A stretch of 64,000 bases of DNA from Phallusia mammillata (taxonomy: Eukaryota), in assembly GCA_965637545.1 (NCBI GenBank), contig OZ281494.1, positions 5,580,001 to 5,644,000 of the forward strand. The letters run 5' to 3'. The position numbers were made by a program, and so were the translations under genes. Positions 36,601-50,600 of this stretch are shown piece by piece (position 1 is the stretch's first letter; each line of letters opens with the position of its first letter). The notes under the pieces are model-generated. The model saw only the letters and a list, made by a program, of their open reading frames with translations, was not told the origin of the DNA and did no database searches.

Positions 36601-37658
36601 TTGGGTGAAGTAAAATGCAAAGGACGAGCTCGGGAAAGTATATATTGGCCTGGGTTATCCAACGACATATCTGGTTTGGTTTCTTCCTGTGCCATTTGTG
36701 CAAAATTCAGGTCACAGCAACAACGCCAACCGTTAGAACCTCACCAAGCTCCTTCTTATCCGTTTCAGAAAGTGGCAACTGACCTGTTCTATTGGAACCG
36801 AAAAATGTTTTTGGTAACAGTGGACTACTACTCCGGATATCCAGAAGTAACCCCGTTGACTACAACTTCTGCGGCGTCTGTTATAAGTGGTTTGAAAACT
36901 ATTTTTTCCAGGTTTGGAATTCCCGAAACTGTTATTAGTGATAACGGTCCTCAGTTTTCTAGTGAGGAGTTTGCAAAATTCGCCGAGGAATGGGGCTTTC
37001 TTCATTTAACCTCGAGTCCACATTATCCACGATCTAACGGACTGGCTGAGAGGAGTGTCCAGACAACGAAGCAACTACTTAAAAAAGCTCATGCCAGTGT
37101 ACAGGATTTTAACAAAAGTTTGTTAATATTTAGGAGTGCTCCCCTCCTTTGCGGAAAATCACCTGCACAGCTTCTCATGGGTCGGCAAATCAGACACACG
37201 ATGCCCCTGGATATCGAAACGTTAAAAAGTTCAACTTGCCGTCCGTTTGGAAAAGAAAGAAAACAACAAAAGAAGTATTATGACAGGGGAACAAGAAACA
37301 TGCTGCAATTACAAGTGAACACTCCTGTAAAACTGTACAATACCCAAAACAAACTATGGGATCAACAAGGAACTATAGAAAAACAGTTATCTCATCGCTC
37401 TTATCTTGTAAAAACTAGTGATGGTGTATTGTATCGGCGTAATCGTGTTCATTTACGTCCATTGAATGTTATTGTGAATCCTTACCCTTCGAGACGTCAG
37501 TTAAGTTCAATTTAAACGAAGGGAAGTTGTGATGTATGTATTTACCGCTAGATGTCGTCCCTGAGTTATGACGTCACGTTTCGTATATAACCGTGTACCG
37601 CGTCTTAAACGTGGCAGTCAATACAGGTAACCGCTTAAAGGTGTGTGCGTTCATGACA
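33630..37658 (+). mobile_element. Full-length Ty3/Gypsy LTR retrotransposon (4029 bp)
   Basis: Identical 131-bp LTRs 33630-33760 and 37528-37658 (TG...CA); 5-bp TSD GTCAC (33625-33629, 37659-37663); PBS TGGTGTCAGAAGTGG (33761-33775) complementary to a tRNA-Leu(CAA)-type 3' end; purine tract AAACGAAGGGAAG before the 3' LTR. Confidence 0.97.
33785..37515 (+). pseudogene. Gypsy gag-pol polyprotein with two frameshift lesions
   Basis: Gag knuckles CRFCALRHDVRAC / CLKCGGRNHFARC; protease FKIDTGAQVNIL; RT LRVCLDPRDLN, TSMDDIVVWG; RNase H DASKHGLGAV, ETDHKPL; integrase HEGHLG..CAIC, SDNGPQF, SNGLAERSVQT in PR-RT-RH-IN order. Breaks: T8 run 34076-34083 and a 16-bp insertion 36504-36519. Confidence 0.93.
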
Positions 37659-38424
37659 GTCACCACTTTGAATATATAGGTTATGAGTGACAGTAACAAA
37701 CAGGAAAAACAAACAGATATACAGATCGTGGAAAATATCGGGACCTGCATGTTTGCAACATATTATCTACCTGCCGTTTGGTATTATCAAATGACAAAAC
37801 ATATATGAAAAATAAAATAGTGGAAAACGACAGGATTTGCGTACTCCTCTGTTCGTGTTGTGCAATGTGGTTTCATGTGAAACGTGTTTTTGCGTTGCTT
37901 TGCAGGCATTTTTAACTGGACTATATATTAGGCAGTTTTGTGCATATGGGTGTGATCACTACTGTGCTACTATAAGGTAGTGACTTGTTAAGATGTGTAA
38001 AGACAGGTTACTAACTGCTAATTCTAATGGCTAAACTAATTGTAATATGTTAGGACTTATAACCGAAAACGATTAGGCTTCAACAACATCTAAATGTAGA
38101 TTTAAAGTCACAATTTAGTACAGTAAAGTCACAAAGTATTAAACACATTTAAAGTTTTGTATGTAGCAGTTCAGCTTGTATACAAATAACTGGATGTTTG
38201 AACTATATTGCGGTTTGCTGCGAAAGTTGTTGAAAAGCTAACCCCCAAATGCTTCTTATATTTGTTTACTCCTAAAATAAGATTTGTAGTGATTGAATTT
38301 AAAACTAAAAATACAGATATACTTATTGATTACTCAACACCAGTTTATATATTTTTTCGGCAGAGTAGCTATAATAGAATTGAATTGAATCAAGCGTTTA
38401 GATATGATCTGGCATTGATTCAAA

Positions 38425-41400
38425 ATGTTGTTTGTAATAATTATCTTACTTTCGGTTCTGACATCGGCTTGGTCGCAATTCAATCCAGGTATAAGAAATT
38501 ATATTTAACTTTAACTCAAGAATTAGTTCTCGCTACACCTACAAGTGTGCGTTAAATGCTCCAAACTGGGGTAAATTTACTCCGTTAATGTGTGTTTATA
38601 AGATGATGATAAGGAGTTTTAATTTCTAAAAGGTTTCAAAATACAGTCTACGAAGCCAAACGTAAACAAATTTTGATTTCTCTTTTCTCTATATGCGTAA
38701 TCTATTTTTGTGTTAAAGTATATAAATATATTTATGGCTAAATGTAGAGCTTTAAATTGCCCTAAAGCATTTTTTAAATCGATTTGTTACCTAACAATAA
38801 AAGTTGGAATTAAAGTCGGTAAATTTAAAAACATTTATATTGTCCAACATTTTCCAAATGATAATTTTGTTTTTCTTGATTTCCTACAAAAAATGTTTCT
38901 TCGGATTTAGGTCTATTCTGTCCAAGATACGCTTGCGACGATTTCGTGGATTGCTTTCTCGAGGGAGAAACGCAGCTTTCAGTCAATGCTACAGCGACAA
39001 TCTTGCAGATGTGGAAAAAATTCCGTCAAGAAACCTGTGCAGGGGCATGGGATTTCGCCGCAAATGCGTTGCATGATACCGACTATTGCCCTGGAGAAGC
39101 TTACTACTGCCAATACCTTCTGCAAACTGCCGAAGTTCAGTTGGAGTTTTTCAAAGCAGGTAACTTGCTTGATGGGTGTTGACTTAATTGTAATAACTTC
39201 ATGGCTAAACTTGTAAAATGTAAATTGAAAAACCGTATGCACTGCACAGAACTGTTTGTCCTATACAAGATCACAGACAAATTTATTTTATATTTTTGAT
39301 GCAAGTGATTTAATTACTTTTTTATGACAAAATTCGTATTGGTCAAAACTGATTGTTGCTCATCATTTCCCAAAATCGTTTTTATTGACTGTTTATTCAC
39401 TTGCATACAGCAGATATTAGTATTTGTGTTGCTTAAAAACTTACTGATATGCGTTTAACACCGGAGCTATGTGACACAATAGGTGTCAGAATTCCGGCAA
39501 GCTTGGTGTTTCATTAAGCAATAAACGAAAACGACGAGTTTATCAAGTGTTATGTTATAATCACATACGTTTATTTGTGTTTAAAGGCGTGCCAGTTTTT
39601 CCTGAATTTCTCATAATGATCAAAAAGAACGTTCCTAACTTTGCTGCAGCATCATGGCGTACTACCGATGGCTGTTACGCTTTACCGAATCCTGCACTCA
39701 TCCTTGGCCCGGCTGCTATTGCCAATAAGAAACAGAATGACATCGTTTCCTGCTTGGGAAGAAAAGCATCGAGTCCGTTTCTAGTCTTAAGTAAGTGGAC
39801 GCGGACGCACATCAATACCTTTTTTGCATATCTAACTAATTTTACTGCTCACAAAACAATAAACGAAAGATGCACCAAGATAAACTATGAAACAGATAAG
39901 GTGAGTTTTTGGTACTCACAATATATCAACTATACCTATGTTGTTGTCCTGAATTGTTGGTAAAAATCTAATGGTAACAAAAACATTACTAGAAACAGCT
40001 ATAAAATCAAGGTGGCTTCCTCTGTAAACTATACCACATACTTTTACCCCAAAAGTTGATTTAGTTTATTATAGGCGTCCATTTAATATTTTGACGCCCT
40101 GGTTAAATTTATCACTAAATGTATTTCTACACAAGACAACGATGTTTGTTCACTTCTACACGACAACTTTATTGACCTTCAGATGTTAATTATTTTTTTT
40201 ACGTTTAGTCGAAACTCAAACCATTTTTCAACGAGATTTCAAAACTTCTTTGATTTTTAAGTAAACTCCCTTCACTTTTACACAAAAACCCTTAATCATT
40301 TCAGACGTCAACTTCAATACTTCTTGTGTCTTTTCAACCGAAATTTGATTTGACTTTAACACTATGACCCTATTAATTTTCAGACGTGACTACAAAGAAC
40401 ATAACACACCCAGGAGACAAAACTTCGTACATTGATGGCTACACTAACAAACCTCCCACTTACACAAATTGGATTACTGGTCCTCTCAACAACATCGAAG
40501 GCCACTCCTGTGCAGCAGTGCGGGATGTGGACTGACGCTGGACCAATAGAGATTGCACAAACATAGATGTTGCATGTAAATACTCAGGTTGGTCTAACAG
40601 AACATTAATTTAAACGCAAATCACTTGACTCGGCACTGATAAATATACGACAACTTTTCGTATTTTTTACTTGGTATAACAATATGAAACACCGAATTGA
40701 ATAAAGTTTTGCAAAAATTAATAACATGCACATGTTTATGTACTTCGTGATTGCCTCTAATTTGTTTTGGCGTAAGTTGTTTTGCCACTATCTTGAAAAA
40801 TTGCATTCGAAAAGCGTTAGATAAAAACCTAACAACAGCATAAAAACAAAACAAGTACGTTTTATTACACAACGACTGCAACATAATGCCGCTTTTCCGA
40901 AACAGTCTGACAATCTTCCCTAACCTTATACTTTGTTTTCGCATCTCTGGCAGCTTGAATATTGTAGTTATTTAAATAAATATTAGCGTTAGGCACAGAC
41001 ATGTACACTTGTCCTTGATTCACCACAGGAATGCAATTATAGCAAAACCATGCATGAATTAATAATATAAATGTCGCAATACGAGTTCAATACGTTGCAG
41101 TCAAAAACCCCATAAACATGTGCAGTGTTACAATGATGTAGTGTATGTATATTTCATTTCAATGTTCTTTGCAGTGATGCTCTCTCCGGTGGTTGCGTTG
41201 ATGCAAGACGCAGTGCTTGGTACATCAGGTGATCCAAATGTCCTCATCGGAATCGAACAACAGCTTCGCACAGTGGCAATAAACGATCCTGACTTGGTGA
41301 ATCCAGGAGAGATTCTTACCCTCGGAAGCGTGCAGCTTTCCATCAAAACTTCGACAATCAAACGCAACAGAAAAAGGAAGTATTTGAGTCGAGCCCAAAT

Positions 41401-43789
41401 CTCACTAGCGCTTTCGTCAATTACCGATTTCCCTTACATAACATTAAACGAAGACACGAAACATTGAATACCCCCGTCATGTCCTTTCCCCGCAACGTCA
41501 CCGATTCAATCAGAAGCGATGCCTCAAGTGGGGACGGAGAAAGGCTCGTCTCGCCAGGAACCGTCTCCTTCATCACGGTCTCAGGCTACTACGGTAAAAA
41601 CGGGACTTTGCCAGGGTTTGTCGACATCCGAACGAAGCGCCCTGAATCGGCTGGGGCTTGCGAAGATCTCATCTTTGCCACAACGAGAACCGAAGGCAAA
41701 AGCTCGTTGAAGCTTCGTCCCGTTTGCGCCTTTATCAACCAAACCACCAAGCTGTACAGCACTTCCGGCTGCGTGACGTCATACGACACCGAGACGAATG
41801 ACGTCAATTGTACGTGTAACCACCTGACCATGTTTGCGGTTCTATTGGCGGTGAGGAACGTGGTTATCCCAACCGGAGTATCTGTGAGTGTGATTTCTAT
41901 GCAGCAATTTATAAACTCTGTAGTTTTGCTTTCACATTTTGGTGAAAAGCATTTGCCACTTTTTAAGTTTTGCAGTTTTAAAACAACGTAGATATCTGGG
42001 TTGAAATAACATGCCTTAATGCAATTTCTTGTTACAGATGGTGTCTTACGCCACTGAATCATCATCTATAGCTTTCCTCGGCATCACGCTTGCTATTCTA
42101 CTCTGGTTCAAGGACTCTATTAAGGGCGACCGTACTCCTGTTCAGATCAACCTGGCTGTAGCACTCCTAATTTTCCACGCGGTCAACTTGTCACATGATC
42201 TCGCCATCAGGCATGATGAGTTCTGTGTAGCTCACTGTGCAATCAACCATTACTTCTTGCTTGCCACAGGTTAGTGTAAAGTTTCAAACTACAGAGTGTT
42301 GTTAAACATAGGATGCATTCAAACTCGGAAAATTAGCAGAAAAATTGATGTTTGGTTGTGAACTTGAAATAAAATCGACTTCTGCATTTTTTATGAGCAA
42401 TTTCAAGTATTTAATTGTCTGCTAGTATTTTTTTATTACATTTACATTAAACTCTCCGGTAAACTTGTTTAAATCGTTCAAGTGCTTGTTTGTACTAATG
42501 TGCACAAAGTTTCAATCACAAATTGGCACACGAATGATTAAAAATACAAACTGTGTAAAATTAAATCTTTTTTTGACATCATCTGTGATAAGTTACTACC
42601 CTGCGTATTTATACACAAACAAATCTTTTTAAGGATGTTGGGTGTGTGTCGAGGGAGTTCGCATCTTCATGGCAACCTCTGATCCGGTGGGTTTCAAGGT
42701 GCAGAACGAACAGAAGAGATACAGAGTCTTCCTCGTTGTAGGATGGGCAATCCCTCTCGTCATTGTGGGAGCATCACTTGCTGTGGGGATTCCCCTGGGA
42801 CTACATATGGAGCCTCAACCCTTTTTCACCCAGTGCCAGCAATATCGCAATGAAACCGTTCTCATCCCCAAGTATGACAGATGCTGGTTGGCTCCCGGTA
42901 CTCCGATCTTCTACTCCACGGTCGTTGCTCCGCTTGCTGTGATCCTCCTCATCAATCTCATCATCGTGGTGAAGATTTCAGTGGTGATGCTCAACTCGAA
43001 GAGGATGCAGAATCGGAATCAGGGACACAGCATGAAGGACATCTCGAGAGCTGGAAAGTCCCTCTTCTTTCTCTTCGTGATGTTGGGAGGAACTTGGGCA
43101 ATTGCTTTCTTCACAGGTAAGACTGTTGTTTATGTTAATATCTTTTTCAGTCCATTAGGGCTCGAGTTTATATTACGCATGGATTTTTAAGTGCCGTTAA
43201 ACTTTTGTACGGAATCGATTAGCTTTACACAATGGTGCTCTAGCGCTACCTGGTTGCTACATTTTTTTCCTGCGTTAAACCTTTCACTTATTTAGGAATG
43301 ATATATAGGTCTGTATTAACATTAATGAACAAAAGATGGAACAGCTAGTGCGTTTTAGGGTAAACCTACTGCACTTTACTGACTGTTTGTAATTCCACAA
43401 AAAAGCAACAAATACAACAGAAAATTGTTCACTTAAACTGTTTCACAGGAATTGGAAACGAAGTCACCTCCCAGGTCTTCCTGTACATCAATGCGCTTGT
43501 GAACGGGGCTCAAGGCGTCATCGTCTTCCTGCTGTATTGCGCCATGAATGACATCATACGCGAGAAGCTTCTTCTATTGTTGAACATAAAGAAAAAGAAG
43601 AAGAATACCTCGAAGGGAAAAAGCACCGAGTCCAAACCAATCAAGAGCGTCCCACGACCGAAAAAGACGAGTGAGGCCAAGGCCAAAGCAAAGGTGCAGG
43701 CCAATGTGAAAGCTGCCAACCGCAAAACCTGTTTGATCAGAGAAAACCCATCTACCGGAGTAATTCCATTAACAACTGACGAGCAGTGA
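38425..43789 (+). pseudogene. Adhesion GPCR copy 3, probable pseudogene
   Basis: Exons 38425-38488, 38911-39159, 39587-39790, 40384-40587, 41175-41883, 42038-42269, 42634-43116, 43449-43789. TGA at 40533-40535 where copy 5 has GGA; exon 5 is 709 bp versus 710 in copy 5 (one A missing in the run at ~41371). Confidence 0.85.
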
Positions 43790-44819
43790 CGTCAGTAACA
43801 ATCGTGCAAAACTGGAAAAAACACAACATAGAGAATAACACTCACACGTTAGAATTTTAAATATCTTTATATTTTAGACATTAGAATTTTTATATTTTGT
43901 CTTTAAAATGGCACCAACACCAGTTTTGTGCATTTTATCACTTTTTATTGTTCTTTTTGCACGCAAGGTGCGCACACATACGGTTCGTCTCATGTCTGAC
44001 GTTGTGAAAAAATGTACATATTCCTCAAATTGACACCATTCAACCATTTGTACCCACTGCTTCAAACGTTTTGTCATTTGTTTATAGATTGGAAAAATGT
44101 TATGGTATTAGTTCAAATCATTTTAAAAACAGGGCCATTTTACTAGTTTTAACACCAATGTTTTGTTTATTTTGACATGTGTTACTTTAATTCCCTCCAA
44201 AGTTCCAAAAACACTCTTTTACCTTTGTATATTTTTGCATATGTCAATTCTTTACTCGCTTTCCCAAGCTTTGTATTGTTGGGTTGTAATACAAATATCT
44301 TACTGCATTTGGTCTTTTTTTTAGCTACGTTGCTCGACGGAAATTTGAACCCGTTTTCAACAAACTTGGTATATTATTATTATAAAAATGTAGCTTGTTT
44401 CTTTGAGTATTTTCTTCACTTGAAATACTGTCTTTTTACCTTTTTTTGGAATAACTTTAGAAATGACAATAATGAAACATATTGATATGTAATTTAATTA
44501 TACAGTAGCACCTTAATATATAAAAAGTTGTACAGCAAATACAAATTTAATTTCACATTTCAGTTTAACATGCTTTCTTTTTCCAAGCAGATAAGTTTGT
44601 TTGATTTTTGCAGCTCTGTATTTGACAAATAAAACTTTTTACCTTGTGGTTCCGAATTTAGCTACGTAGTTGCATGTATAAATAATTGTACATTAACTTA
44701 CTCCACAGCGAAAACTAGCGGAAAAATAATAATCAACTTTGAACAAACCTGCTAAAAACGTGTTTCTTCGCAGCGTTTAGTCTTTTCATTAACACCGCCC
44801 CTGTTTTCTTCTGTAACCT

Positions 44820-45160
44820 ACTTTTGTCAATACAAAATTTGTACAGCTATTTATTTTAAAGCAAAGAGACAAAACAACAAAGGTATTGTGCAATAATTCG
44901 GATGTTCGACCGGTTTGCGTTGCAACTTTGGAAAAAAGGTTATACTATGGAAATTTGTAACATTTGCTGTAACCACCCAACCGGTATTACAGGAAATGAG
45001 GAAAAAATCGGTCAAGCGAAATATGATGCACATGCAGTTTTGTAGCAGGCAAATGCATTTTATATATTTGATTTTTCAAGCGAAATGATGCAGAGAGGCT
45101 TATACTGAGAAAGATTGTCCCCCATCAAAACGAAGTAATTGAACGTTCAAGGGAAAAATG
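44820..45160 (+). pseudogene. Decayed death-domain exon relic behind GPCR copy 3
   Basis: RFALQLWKKG|gt at ~44912-44940 and NDAERLILRKIVPHQNEVIER at ~45085-45145; highly similar to 22360-22700. Confidence 0.6.
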
Positions 45161-45496
45161 TCATAATCATTACCAAAACAATGTTGTTTTCATACTCTGA
45201 TTGCTGTCTATACCTCGAAGTAATTATACACACTGAAGCTAAACTCTAAACTTCCCCAAAAAGTAGTGTAATAATAACAAACACTTTGTCTTTAGACCGA
45301 TTTGATCTATTGTACTTTTAGCAGCATGAATACAATTTTATTTTTATGTTTTAACTAATTATTTTTATCAATTTAACTTTTAATCGAAATGTTGTGTATG
45401 TTGTTTTTGGTGTTTAATTTATCATTAGCAGAAATATTATGTTATTGTTCTAAGTTAAATAATATTTTTTTCATGTGGATTTTTATTGGTGTAGAC

Positions 45497-45864
45497 CAGT
45501 GGTTTTCAACCGGGGCCCTCGGACCCAGGGACAGCACGAGCTGTATTCCGGGGGTCCACGGGTGTAGCCTCAGCAGAAACACCCACTAAAAATCAGTGAG
45601 TCTTTTTCTTTTTCAATGGGAAGAATTGAGTCTGTGTTGCAAATATCTTTATTCCCTACCACTCTTTATCGATATTGAGGTTTGTCAAGATTACAGTTGG
45701 TTGTTTAATCCATTCGACTTGAAATTAATACCAAATTTCAACACGAGTTTGCCATTTAATATTTTGCCGGGGCCCACAGATCTTAAAATATTATTTGAAA
45801 TGGGCCACAAGGCCCAAAATATACTTTTAGGGGGCCACGGTCCACTAAAGGTTAAGAGCCACTA
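45497..45864. mobile_element. hAT MITE, orthologous to 23013-23380
   Basis: Same internal sequence and insertion site; perfect TSD GTGTAGAC (45489-45496, 45865-45872). Confidence 0.87.
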
Positions 45865-46376
45865 GTGTAGACTGTTATTTGTAGCTTATCTTGTGCTGTA
45901 GCAACACAGTAACTTATACCACAATGTTTAACATTTGAATCGCGGTTGTAACACAGAATGTTTTACAGACCAAACCTTTTTGCCGGTCATTGTTCGTATT
46001 TAAAATTCGTAATCTTTATTTAGTTGTTGGTAAACCTTCAACTAAAAACTGTCGTGTATGTGAAGTCATGATTTACTAAAATTTATTGTAGCTTTGATAA
46101 CAATCTGCATTGACAACTATACGCTTGACTTTGACAACTTCTGGCAACTACACACTTGGCCTTTTTTCTATCGTCATCTGTATCCTTTTTATGTTTTAAA
46201 TGTCGTCCGATAAATAGAAATTCAACATCTTTTGGCAACATAATTTATATTATATATAACAGATTACACGCAAACAAGCACTACCAACTAGCTAAACATT
46301 GCAAGTTTTTACACTTTTTATATGTTGTTTATGCGGTCATTGCACTCAGGATCTTTTTTTAAAATATTGTTTAGAC

Positions 46377-46866
46377 CAGGGGTCACCAAACTACCGCGAG
46401 GTCATTTCATCCGTCCCGCGACCACATCTTTGGTTTGCCAAATTGTATTAACAACTTTGTAACATTAAAAGTTAATCTACTCCTTACAAAAGTTTTCCTG
46501 TGGCGATATTCAGAATTGATATTACCGAGTTTCATAGGATTATAACGCCCAGGATTGATCCAAAGCCAGTTTGTTACGTCACAGACAAGACTACAAGCGT
46601 TAATTGTGCGCAAACAATTGCCTTCTTTTGTCACTTGTGGCGTAATATACAAGCAATGCTAGTAAGATGAGACTAATTATACAGTTTAACAGTCGCATGA
46701 CCAGTTTTTGAATGGATTGTAGAAAGATCATATCTTGGCGCACCTAAAAAATCGCCTCACGGGCGAAGTTTGGAAAGACGGTGCTAGGGCATGTAAACTA
46801 TGCGGCCCGCGCGAATCATTATTAGCACTCATCCGGCCCGCAGTGAAAAAAGTTTGGTGATCCCTG
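46377..46866. mobile_element. hAT MITE
   Basis: TIR CAGGGGTCACCAAACT / AGTTTGGTGATCCCTG; degenerate TSD GTTTAGAC/GTTCAGGC; empty sites near 23882 and 31758. Confidence 0.8.
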
Positions 46867-47655
46867 GTTCAGGCTAAAGCCTTTTTTTAATGATATCTTT
46901 GCTGTTTTGTGTCAAAATTATACTCTTTCCTGTCAAATCAATAGCTGTACAAAGACTTGTATTGACAAAAGTATGATAAAAAAAAACAGACAGACGTGGC
47001 GTTAAATAAAACAATAAACTCTACGAAGAAACACGTGTTTAGTAAGTTTTGTGTTTGGCGCCAAAATTGATTAGATTTTGTTTTCACTAGTTGACGCTGT
47101 GGAGTCAATTAATGTACAATTATTCATACAAGCAAACTATGTAGCTAAATTTTAAACAAAAGTAAAATGTTTTATGAGTCAAATACAACGTTGCAAAAAC
47201 CAACAAAAATTGATCTGTCCTGGAAAAGGAAACATATTGAGCAATGAAGTAAAATATTTAAAACAAATGTTGGTGTAACAACTCGAAACAATTTAAAAAT
47301 TAGACACGAAAATTAAAATCATCGTACACCAATCCCATTAAAGGCGTATAACCGACATGTTAAACAGCAAAAAAAAAAACTTCAGAATAAAAAACACATG
47401 ACAAAATGAGAAAGGCAATAAAGACTACTCGTCGAATGATATCGATTCAAAAGAATGTATACAAATTTAACTAATTCTTAGACAAAATTGAATGCCGAAA
47501 AAACACGGGAAAAGTATACTCAACTGTTATTTGTGTTGTTTGAAAGATGATTGGTTTAATTTCTAATGTCTGAACTAAAATTTTCTGTGTTCATCCCCGG
47601 TGACTTTATTTACAAATAATAAATCCTTTTATAAAAGCACGTGACTAAATTGACG

Positions 47656-50600
47656 TCACTGCTCGTTATTTGTCGTTTGTGTTATGCCAGAAGTCGGGTT
47701 TTCCCTGATCAAACAGGTTTTGCGGTTGGCGGCTTTCACATTGGCCTGCACGTTCGCTTTAGCCTTGGCCTCACTCGTCATTTTCGGTCGTGTGAAGCTT
47801 TTGATTGGTTTGGACTCGGTGCTTTTTCCCTTCGAGGAATTTTTCTTCTTTTTCTTTATGTTTAACGATAGAAGGAGCTTCTCTCGTATGATGTCATTCA
47901 TGACACAATACAGCAGGAAGACGATGACGCCTTGAGCCCCGTTCACAATCGCATTGATGTACAGGAAGACATGAGAGGTGACTTCATTCCCAATTCCTGC
48001 GAAAACAGTTTAATTTTTTATTGTATTTGTTCGCAGCGTTGGCTGGTGTTTTTGTGGAATTACAAACAGTCAGTAAAGTGCAATTGGTTCACCCTAAAAC
48101 GCACTAGCTGTTCCATCTTTTGTTCATTAATGGTAATGCAGACCTAAAATATCATGTAGTTCACAAACAAAAAGAAACGTTTTATCACAGAAACAAATGT
48201 GGCAACCCGGCAACGCTAAAGCGTCGCTAATTGATTCCGTACAAAAGTTTAACGCCATTTGAAAATCCATGCCTATTATTAACTCGATTCCTGATGGACT
48301 GAAAAAGATATGAACATAAACTGCACATGGTCTTACCTGTGAAGAAAGCGATTGCCCAAGTTCCTCCCAACATCACAAAGAGAAAGAAGAGGGACTTTCC
48401 AGCTCTCGAGATGTCCTTCATGCTGTGTCCCTGATTCCGATTCTGCATCCTCTTCGAGTTGAGCATCACCACTGATGTCTTCACCACGATGATGAGATTG
48501 ATGAGAAGGATGACAGCAAGAGGAGCGACGACCGTGGAGTAGAAGATCGGAGTACCGGGAGCCAACCAGCATCTCTCATACTTGGGGATGAAAACCGTTT
48601 CGTTGCGATATTGCTGGCACTGGGTGAAAAAGGGTTGGGGCTCCATGTGTAGTCCCAGGGGAATCCCCACAGCGAGTGATGACCCCACAATGACGAGAGG
48701 GATTGCCCATCCTACAACGAGGAAGACTCTGTATCTCTTCTGTTCGTTCTGCACCTTGAAACCTACCGGATCAGAGGTTGCCATGAAGATGCGAACTCCC
48801 TCGACACACAGCCAACATCCTTCATAAACATAAAATTACTGGTTATATACAACTTTATAGTCTACATTAAGTAATTCAAGACGGGCAAGAAAATGTTCAG
48901 AACTGGGCTTAACATCACGCAAGGCTTCGAAACTTCAGACTAACCTGTGGCAAGCAAGAAGTAGTGGTTGATTGCACAGTGAGCTATACAGAACTCATCG
49001 TGCCTAATGGCGAAGTCGTGCGACAAGTTGACCGCGTGAAAAATTAGAAGTGCAACAGCCAGATTGATCTGAACAGGAGTACGGTCGCCCTTAATAGAGT
49101 CCTTGAACCACAGTAGAATAGCAATGGTAATGCCAAGGAAAGCTATAGATGACGACTCCGTGGCGTAAGACACCATCTGAAACAAAAAAATTAATAAAAT
49201 ATGTTGTTTTAATCTCGTATGCAAAACAGAATCAGTGGCATATTCCTTACTGAAAGTAGAAGTAGAACAATAGAGATCATAAAGTAGTACATAGAAATCA
49301 CACTCACCGTAACTCCCGCTGGAATAACCACGTTCCTAACCGCCAAAAGAACCGCAAACATGGTCAGGTGGTTGCACGTACAATTGACGTCATTTGTCTC
49401 GATGTCATATGACGTCACGCAGCCGGAAGTGCTATACATCTTGGTGGTTTGGTTGATAAAGGCGCAGACCGGACGAAGCTTGAGCGAGCTTTTGCCGGAG
49501 ATGTTGTTTGTGGCAAAGATGAGATCTTCGCAAGCCCCAGCCGATTCAGGGCGCTTCGTTCGGATGTCGACAAACCCCGGTAAAGTCTTGTTTTTATCGA
49601 AATATCCTGAGACTGTTAAGAAGGAGACCGATCCTGGCGATACGAGCCTTTCTTCGTTCGCGCTTAATGGGCCGCTTTCTATAGAATCAGTGACGTTGCG
49701 GGGGAAAGCCATGACCGGGGTTAGCACGTCTTCACTTTTCTTAATCGGTTCCAAGGACAATCGGTAGTTGACAAAGGCGCTAGTGAGGTTGAGACTCGCT
49801 TCCAGTAATTTATCTTTGCGGTTGACTTTCGTAGCGTTGATGGAAAGCTGCACGGTTCCGAGGGAAAGAATCTCTCCTGGATTCACGAAGTCGGGATCGT
49901 TTATTGCCACTGTGCGAAGCTGTTCCTCGATTCCGATGAGAAGATTTGGATCACCTGAAGTACCGAGCACTGCGTCTTGCATCAACGCAACCACCGGAGA
50001 GAGCATCACTACAAGATAGATTCAAATAAAACTCAACTGCATGCACATCACAAAAATACAATGTCAAGTTTGCTGCAGTTTGTGGAGACTGTTTTGATAT
50101 GAGTCACTTTTCATTCAGTCACTTTCAACAAACTGAAGTGTCGTAGCTTGGTAACACGGGCCTATACAACCAAAGTGTTGTCGCCAGCCGCACTGACAAG
50201 AGAGCCTGCAGCTAGCTTCCACATTGTTGTTATATTGCTTACGGTTAGTCATATTGACGTGTTTTCACCAACCGTAAAATACCTAAAACGCGTATAACAT
50301 GCCGTTTTTTCTTTATCCGCTTTTCTGTGGCAAATCAACAACTATTTCGTGTGTGCATTTAAACTGATTCACAACTGAAATAGCATTTTTTTCAGTCCAT
50401 GTTTCACTCAGACAAACGAAAATCGATGGTTTTGTGAATACTCGTAACCAGTGTCAACCTATAACAATCTGCTGACTCTAAACGTATAGTGTTTCAGTTG
50501 TTTTTCACACACCTGAATAGTTACATGCAACATCTATGTTTGTGCAATCTCTGTTGGTCCAGAGTCCGTCCACATCTCGTACAGCTGCACATGTGAATCC

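Noticed and set aside
40621-40944. 107-aa minus-strand ORF repeated identically at 61460-61783
   Set aside because: It lies in GPCR intron 4; identity reflects the very recent duplication, the ORF is not kept in copies 1 and 2, and no motif is recognisable.
41589-42065. Recurrent antisense and alternate-frame ORFs over GPCR exons (also 19396, 27349, 49360, 62429 and similar)
   Set aside because: Shadows of GC-richer coding exons that recur only because the exons are duplicated.
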